Shown here in pieces: positions 57,390-64,000 of a stretch of DNA of 64,000 bases; the stretch's first letter is position 1, and the number at the start of each line of letters is the position of its first letter. The stretch is from positions 11,284,001 through 11,348,000 of the forward strand of contig CATNEN010000007.1 in assembly GCA_950097015.1 (NCBI GenBank). Direction: 5' to 3'. The translations under genes were made by a program, and so were the position numbers. The notes beneath the pieces are model-generated. The model searched no databases, had not been told where the DNA came from, and saw only the letters and a list, made by a program, of their open reading frames with translations. Source of the DNA: Macrostomum hystrix (Eukaryota; Animalia; Platyhelminthes).

Positions 57390-58444
57390 ATGCAGGACTC
57401 GGCTGGTCAGCTGCCCGGCAACGCCTCGTGGCCCTCCTCGTCACCGCCATCGCCGCTGCTGCAGGATCCTTGCGATGCTGTCAACTTCACCGCGGCGGCC
57501 ACTGCCACTGCTGCTGGCAACGCCACCGCCGCCGCCTGCAGGGACCAGCTGAGGCAGCAGCCGCTAGCCGCTTCCACAGGCGGAGCCGCCGAGCTGACAC
57601 TCGCTGCCTGGCTAGCCATCGGCCTGGCCGTCTCGCTGCTCATTGTGTCTGGCGGTGAGTTCAACCCTTCAACTCGGAATTAACACCACAGCTTAGAAAA
57701 TAACACCTTCAATTGAGAAATGACACTCCAGCTCAGAAATGACACTCCAGCTCAGAAATGACACTCCAGCTCAGAAATGACACTCCAGCTCAGAAATGAC
57801 ACTCCAGCTCAGAAATGACACTCCAGCTCAGAAATGACACTCCAGCTCAGAAATGACACTCCAGCTCAGAAATGACACTCCAACTCAGAAATGACACTCC
57901 AGCTAATAAAAAGAAGCTGATTTTGTAATGACAGTTATGTAATGACACCTTCGCTCAGTATCAGTTTTAAAGAGATCAAGATGTGAAGGGCGTGTATGTG
58001 CTGTTTTCCTCAAATCCTTCACCCCAGCTGTGTAGATACCGTCCCCTGCATCTTCTCATCTCTCCCCTGCCTGCTCTGGCAGGTGTGGCGGCAGCGCTAA
58101 TTTACAAGCGCCGCCTGCAGAACAGGCGCAAGAAGCTGCGCGCCTCATCGCTGGCCTCCTCCCTGTCCGGCGACGCCATCACCATGCAGCAGGTGGCCGC
58201 GGGCCGCTCTGTGGAGAGTCTGGATGATCCGGCGCACTACGACCAGGACTGGTTCCTGCACAGCCTGGAGAATGCGCTCTTCGCTGCCCGCAGCTGCTCC
58301 AGCGACAGTAGCCTCGCTCTGGCCGCCTCCGCGGGGCCTCCGCAGACTGGCGGTCACCTGGCAGCGTCCGCCGCCGCCGCGGCGTCCTCACGACTGCACG
58401 CGCGCAGCTTGCAGGCCCCTGCGGCTGCTTGGGCGCGGGCCTGA
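57390..58444 (+). CDS. Small single-pass membrane protein without signal peptide; exons 57390..57654 and 58083..58444
   Basis: N-terminal region has N-glycosylation sequons NAS, NFT and NAT. The TM helix WLAIGLAVSLLIVSGG|VAAALIY is reconstituted across a phase-1 GTGAGT..GCAG intron and is followed by the basic stop-transfer KRRLQNRRKK. Confidence 0.7.
57717..57905. repeat. Minisatellite, 19-bp unit GAAATGACACTCCAGCTCA (intron of the membrane-protein gene)
   Basis: Direct reading, ~10 copies. Confidence 0.95.
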
Positions 58445-59438
58445 TTCGAGTGACGCTTCTCTTGGGGTGTGACCTGCCACAGTTCTTGGGGTGTGACCTG
58501 CCGCATCTCATTGTCACTGGCAGCGGTCTCCCAGGGCCCAGGCGCGAGTCCACATTAAGCTTCCTCAGATTGCACTTATTAATGTTCAGTCGTGTTCATA
58601 TTCCATAGATTGCAGTTAAAGTATTAATTTTGTTCTTTAGTGTGCAGTGAGTTTTTGTTTTCAAGCTCCTAACAATTGACGTTATTGTATGCAAAATGTA
58701 TCGAGAACAGCTTATCTTGGCCTTTCACCTGTTTGGCAGGCAGGTGTTCTGAAGCTGCTCTAGCTTGCCCGCCCAATCCCCTGTTTCAGTTTCATTACAG
58801 TATTTATTCTGGGAAATTCCATGCAGTTCCTAGAGCGAGATAATCAGCAGCCAGGCAGCCAGGCATCTTACTCTCACAGATTGTCGTGATGTGCACTCCT
58901 TGTGATAATGGCCTCCGTATAGCCTGCTAATTTTAATCTGCAGTATAATTTTTGTTTACTATCCTTTTTTGTTCTTTCCTAATATACCCACGTACAGTCT
59001 AGACTAGGCCGCATTGTACACTTTGCACGCAGGACCTCTGCATCCAGATTTCTATGGATATATTTTTGTGATAATTATTTGTATAAAATTATGTACCTTA
59101 CTACGTCAGATTCGATTGCATTCTGTGTGTGAGCAGGCGTACTCATGACTGGCCTCTGAATCTACAAATCAGTGTGATCTTCGCGTTCCTTTTCTAGCTT
59201 GCATGACCTAGCTGTAATTTAGCTTACCTTTATCGATCAGATTTTTTTGTCTCATACTCAACAATTATCTATTATTCGCCTTTTGCTGCCATCTGCGACT
59301 CCATATATTATAGAATACGTTTTTTTTCAGCGGCCGCAGTTTTTCGGCCGACTAAACTAAACTAATTTTATTTGCCTATTGAATTCGCTTCGATTCTTTA
59401 CAAAAGGTATTAACTTTATTCTATCGAAACAAGCCACT

Positions 59439-60324
59439 AGTGCAATTAGCAAACTGCTTCTACAGCCACTTCTAAGCCCACAATTTGCTGGTGCAATTAG
59501 CAAACTGCTTCTACAGCCACTTCTAAGCCCACAATTTGCTGGTGCAATTAGCAAACTGCTTCTACAGCCACTTCTAAGCCCACAATTTGCTGGTGCAATT
59601 AGCAAACTGCTTCTACAGCCACTTCTAAGCCCACAATTTGCTGGTGCAATTAGCAAACTGCTTCTACAGCCACTTCTAAGCCCACAATTTGCTGGTGCAA
59701 TTAGCAAACTGCTTCTACAGCCACTTCTAAGCCCACAATTTGCTGGTGCAATTAGCAAACTGCTTCTACAGCCACTTCTAAGCCCACAATTTGCTGGTGC
59801 AATTAGCAAACTGCTTCTACAGCCACTTCTAAGCCCACAATTTGCTGGTGCAATTAGCAAACTGCTTCTACAGCCACTTCTAAGCCCACAATTTGCTGGT
59901 GCAATTAGCAAACTGCTTCTACAGCCACTTCTAAGCCCACAATTTGCTGGTGCAATTAGCAAACTGCTTCTACAGCCACTTCTAAGCCCACAATTTGCTG
60001 GTGCAATTAGCAAACTGCTTCTACATCCACTTCTAAGCCCACAATTTGCTGGTGCAATTAGCAAACTGCTTCTACAGCCACTTCTAAGCCCACAATTTGC
60101 TGGTGCAATTAGCAAACTGCTTCTTCAGCCACTTCTAAGCCCACAATTTGCTGGTGCAATTAGCAAACTGCTTCTACAGCCACTTCTAAGCCCACAATTT
60201 GCTGGTGCAATTAGCAAACTGCTTCTTCAGCCACTTCTAAGCCCACAATTTGCTGGTGCAATTAGCAAACTGCTTCTTCAGCCACTTCTAAACCCAAAAT
60301 TTGCTAGTGCAATTAGCAAACTGC
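59439..60324. repeat. Minisatellite, 51-bp unit GTGCAATTAGCAAACTGCTTCTACAGCCACTTCTAAGCCCACAATTTGCTG, ~17 copies
   Basis: Direct reading; a terminal partial unit reappears at 63622-63650, after the retrotransposon. Confidence 0.97.
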
Positions 60325-60337
60325 AAACTGCAAACTG

Positions 60338-63300
60338 AAAACCGAGATTCAAATCCGACAGGCAGCAGGTGCCGAGTCTCACAAATCCACCAGCTCTGAC
60401 AAATCTTACGAGTCCTCAAACTCCGCTAGACTTGGCTCCGCCTGCGCTCTAGTCTCGCAAAAAACGACGCCCTCATAGCCGAATCGATCGTATTCGCAAT
60501 GAAAGACCTCTCAGAAAATTTTCTGCACCTATTGTCGCGCTGATCACTCATCTGAGCATTGCCCGAAAATATCATCCGTCGCTGCCCGAAAAGAATTTCT
60601 GATGAAGAACTCTCGCTGCTTCCGTTACCTACGCACAGGTCACACGGTTAAAAACTGCCCTGACAATCGCAGCTGTCGCAATTGCTCCGGTAATCATCAT
60701 TCCAGCATTTGTGCCACAGGTTCGAAAGTTCACCAGGGCAAGGCTGGCGACCTTAAGCAGAATAATCCGAAAAAGACACAAAAAATCATTCCTAGAAAAG
60801 AGCAGTGTCTCACTACCGATTCACAACAAATTCAGCCTGCCGCTCCTCAATCTCAAACCACTGAATCTACTGGTGATACTCTCACCTGTACTGCTCGAAC
60901 CAGTGAAAGCACACCAAATTCTTAATCTCTCAGCATGTTCATACATCGCAACCCAACAGTAGTCCTTCCGGTCGATAAGGCGATCTTGATCAGTGCTGAC
61001 GGCTCTCGAGAGCTGATGGTTCGCGTCCTGCTCGATACGGCGAGCAATCGAACTTACGTTCGAAGAGACGTCTGCCAGTTGCTGGGCATCAGTCCTGACA
61101 AGGCAGAACGTCTGCAAGTCTCAGCCTTCTCAGGTCTCAGTTCTGTTGTAGACTCTGGCAAAGTCTCACTCTCACCCCGCAAAATCGACTCACAACAGGT
61201 CATCCATCTTGACGCCAACGTCGTCAAAGACATTTGCCAACCTCAGCGCTCAATCCTGACCAGCAGCTATGACCATCTTCGCAACCTTGACTTGGCTGAC
61301 CCATTCGATCCTCATGATGGATGAGGAGTTGCCTCAGAGTAGTTGGCCGCAGTGACTGCAAAACCATGAATTGAGGCTCGATGCGCCGATTTCTCTTCTG
61401 GTTGGATCTGACCAGTATTACCAGATAGTCAAGGATCAGATAATCAGAGGTACTTCAGGTCCAGTAGCCATAGCAACCAAACTTGGCTTTGTCCTCTGTG
61501 GCCCATTGACCATTGCTGCAGGCCAAGACGAAATCGTCTCAGACTCGTCAGACGGTGCTGCCTGCACTGCGGTGCAAACTCTGTGCTGCGCCACTCGCGA
61601 AGAATTCATTAGCGATGAACAGCTGTCCCACTTTTGGAAGCTCGAAACGCTAGGGATCGCTGAACCCGGTTCAAAAGACGATGTTGAGCCCTTCCACTGT
61701 GCTCCTCACTTTGCTCACGATCGCTACTCTGTCCAACTTCCGTGGAAGCACTCAGACGCAAACCTTCACTCGATAGCCTCTTCGATCTAGCATACAGTCG
61801 ATTGCGTTCAACGATGCGCACACTTTCCAAAGATCCGCTTCTTCAAGCTAAATACAATAACATCCTTGCTGACCAGGAAAATTCCGGGATTATCGAACGA
61901 GTTTCCCCGTCAGACTTGCGGAAACCACAATCCGTAGTTCACTACTTGCCTCACTCGTGTGTTGCCAAATCTGACAGTGAACACACAAAGCTACGAAACG
62001 TTTATGGCGGTTTTGCCAAGCGGAACAAACTTTTCGATCAACGATCTTCTACAAATCGGACCGAATGATTTTCCACAGATTCCGGCGCTGCTGATTCGGT
62101 TCCGATGGAACTCGGTAGCGATTCAAGCGGACATAGAAAAGGCCTTTCTTCAAGTCGCGATTGATCCTGGAGACAGAGATTATCTTTGCTTCCTTTGGCA
62201 CCAGACGGACAATCCCGATGTTGAAGGTCCAATCGTTCAGTACCGATTTTGCCGCGTTCCCTTCGGTCTCACCTGTTCACCGGCTCTTCTATAAGTCACA
62301 ATTCTGCACCATCTCAAGACTCAAAAGTCTAAATATCCTAAATGCACCACAATTCTCAGCCATGACATGTACGTTTACAATTTAGTGACAAGTTGTGACT
62401 CCGTGGATGACGCGCATCAACTGCGTCAGGAAGCTAAGACAATTTTCTTGTCTGCGGGAATGAACCTGCGACAGCGGCAACCAAACTCTCAGCCATTTCT
62501 TTCGGGTGTACCCTCAGAAGACGTTGGGCATTCCGAGAAGGTTCTTGCCGTTCGATGGGATTCAGTTCTCGATTCTCTAATTCTCGACTTCCGTCAATAT
62601 GCGGAATTATACTCACTTCAGCTACCTACTAAACGGTCGATCCTAGCCTTTCTCGCGAAGCTGTATGATCCACTCGGTCTAATTTCCCCTATTCTTACTC
62701 TTGAAAAGTGCCTCCTGTAACAACTGTGCATTCGCAAACTGTCCTGGGACGAAGAGATGCCCGCAGACATTTGTCAAACCTGGAATCAGTGGCTCAAATC
62801 GCTTCAAGTGCATACGTTCGAAGTTCAGGGTCGCCCGTTCGCTGTAGCGGTCGTGCCGTCGTTGCCCGTCGGTCAGACATTCGTGCTTTCCAGACAGTCG
62901 GCATCGATTACGCTGGTCTGCTTCACTACCGTTCCGAATATCACAATGAGGACTGCAAAGCGTACATTCTCCAATTTACTTACTCATCCACCCGAGCTGT
63001 TCATTTAGAAACAGTCACTGACTTGACTTCACTCAATTCATTAACGGACTTCGCCGTTAAGTTCAAAAGTACTGTAGTTCTCGAGGAATTTCGTGGACGT
63101 TTATTCCGGCTAACATTTGTTTGTTTTCGTCAGTCTCCTTTCACTAAGCGCACGAGTAACAACGTTTTTCCTCTGTGTAATTTTTTGCTATGCAGGACCG
63201 GTTCTTCAAACTCAATTTCTCATATTTTTCTCTTCCCCTGCTCATTTTCCTTTTTTCTTCGTTAAAGTCTTTGTTGTAAAAAAAACTACGTTTTTGGGGG

Positions 63301-63621
63301 GAGTGTTGTAAATGTCGTCCAGTTCCCGTGCATTCTCGTGTTTTCTATATTAATTTTCTCAATGTACATTCATTTCCTCTCCTCCTGCCTGTTCTCTCTC
63401 TCCGCTCTCGTTATTATCGATCGCCCCCCTTTATCTGTCTCGCTTGCCGCTCAGCTCAACCCATTCTGTGCCCCCACCTCTCTTCTCTTATCTAACCTTC
63501 GCTCACCCATCCGCCTCCCTATTTAACAAACGTGTTTTGGGCTTACGCCCTGATGCTGCGGACTCGCCCGCTCGTTTCGCACAACTTAACTGCCCGCATT
63601 TCTCAAATTAATTTCTCTACA
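60338..63621 (+). mobile_element. Degenerate BEL/Pao LTR retrotransposon, 5'-truncated and internally deleted, 3' LTR only
   Basis: Three Gag zinc knuckles (CTYCRADHSSEHC, CFRYLRTGHTVKNC, CRNCSGNHHSSIC) and protease motif LLDTASNRTYV. RT motifs LIRFRW..ADIEKAFLQV..YRFCRVPFGLTCSP, YVYN (decayed YVDN), KRSIL..LYDPLGLISP and LSWDE. Integrase fragment FQTVGIDYAG..TRAVHLE. Many stops and frameshifts. Confidence 0.93.
63304..63621 (+). mobile_element. 3' LTR of the BEL/Pao element
   Basis: The polypurine tract GGGGGGAG is directly followed by TGT; the segment ends ..CTACA exactly where host minisatellite sequence resumes. No second LTR is present to confirm it. Confidence 0.7.
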
Positions 63622-63840
63622 AGTGCAATTAGCAAACTGCTTCTATGGCCAGTTGTTGGAGCACCTCAAAGCAATGAATTTAAAGAACGCTGTTGAGGTT
63701 GCATGCGTGACTTTATTTAGATCAGGAACTGTCTCCATGAAATAATTTGCCTTGAACTGCGGATCCCATCACCAAAAAGTAGTTAAAAAACGATATTGTT
63801 CCGTTTGCCCATCGGCATTATCTGTAATCCAAGCTGCGAA

Positions 63841-63932
63841 CTACTTCTTGGTCTCTGAGCTGACTGTCTTTACGGCGGTCTTCAGCGAGGTGCTCACCTC
63901 GGAAACCTTCAGCACCTGGATCAGCTTGTGTC
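63841..63932 (-). CDS. Terminal coding exon of an unidentified gene extending beyond the window
   Basis: Acceptor TTCCAATTGCAG, then HKLIQVLKVSEVSTSLKTAVKTVSSETKK-stop with coding-like codons. AATAAA lies on the minus strand at 63712-63717. Confidence 0.55.
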
Positions 63933-64000
63933 CTGCAATTGGAAAGAGTTTTCGCACATTTACGGTTATGACCTGATTTTGAATTTCCATGGCCTTGAAT

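Overview
Eukaryotic animal genomic DNA with GT-AG introns, GC-rich exons carrying Ala/Gln/Gly runs, and very dense minisatellites. The style resembles a free-living flatworm such as Macrostomum; this is inference and was not verified. Spliced gene models built by hand: heparan sulfate 6-O-sulfotransferase (+, 2 exons, no genomic ATG), a 15-exon BMP1/tolloid metalloprotease (-), a small Cys-rich two-TM protein (+), a 6-exon Tbx2/3 (omb-like) gene with a C-terminal eh1 motif (-), a GPI-anchored Ly6/uPAR protein (-) head-to-head with a DEDD homolog (+), a small single-pass membrane protein (+), and the last exon of an unidentified gene (-). Mobile DNA: a decayed Merlin/ISXO2-type transposase with a nested MITE, a 672-bp MITE with a 5-bp TSD, and a deleted BEL/Pao retrotransposon with only a 3' LTR. 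About 35 tandem arrays, nearly all with unrelated units, make up roughly a quarter of the window by hand estimate, and most long ORFs in the track are translations of them. The most notable observations are: (1) otherwise minimal introns each inflated by a private minisatellite; (2) a BEL/Pao copy flanked by a 19-bp duplication with a templated 7-mer junction; (3) an HS6ST gene whose start codon could come from a trans-spliced leader AUG; (4) an orphan histone-type 3' stem-loop in a Ly6 intron; (5) an intronic array of U1-like, splice-donor-complementary motifs.
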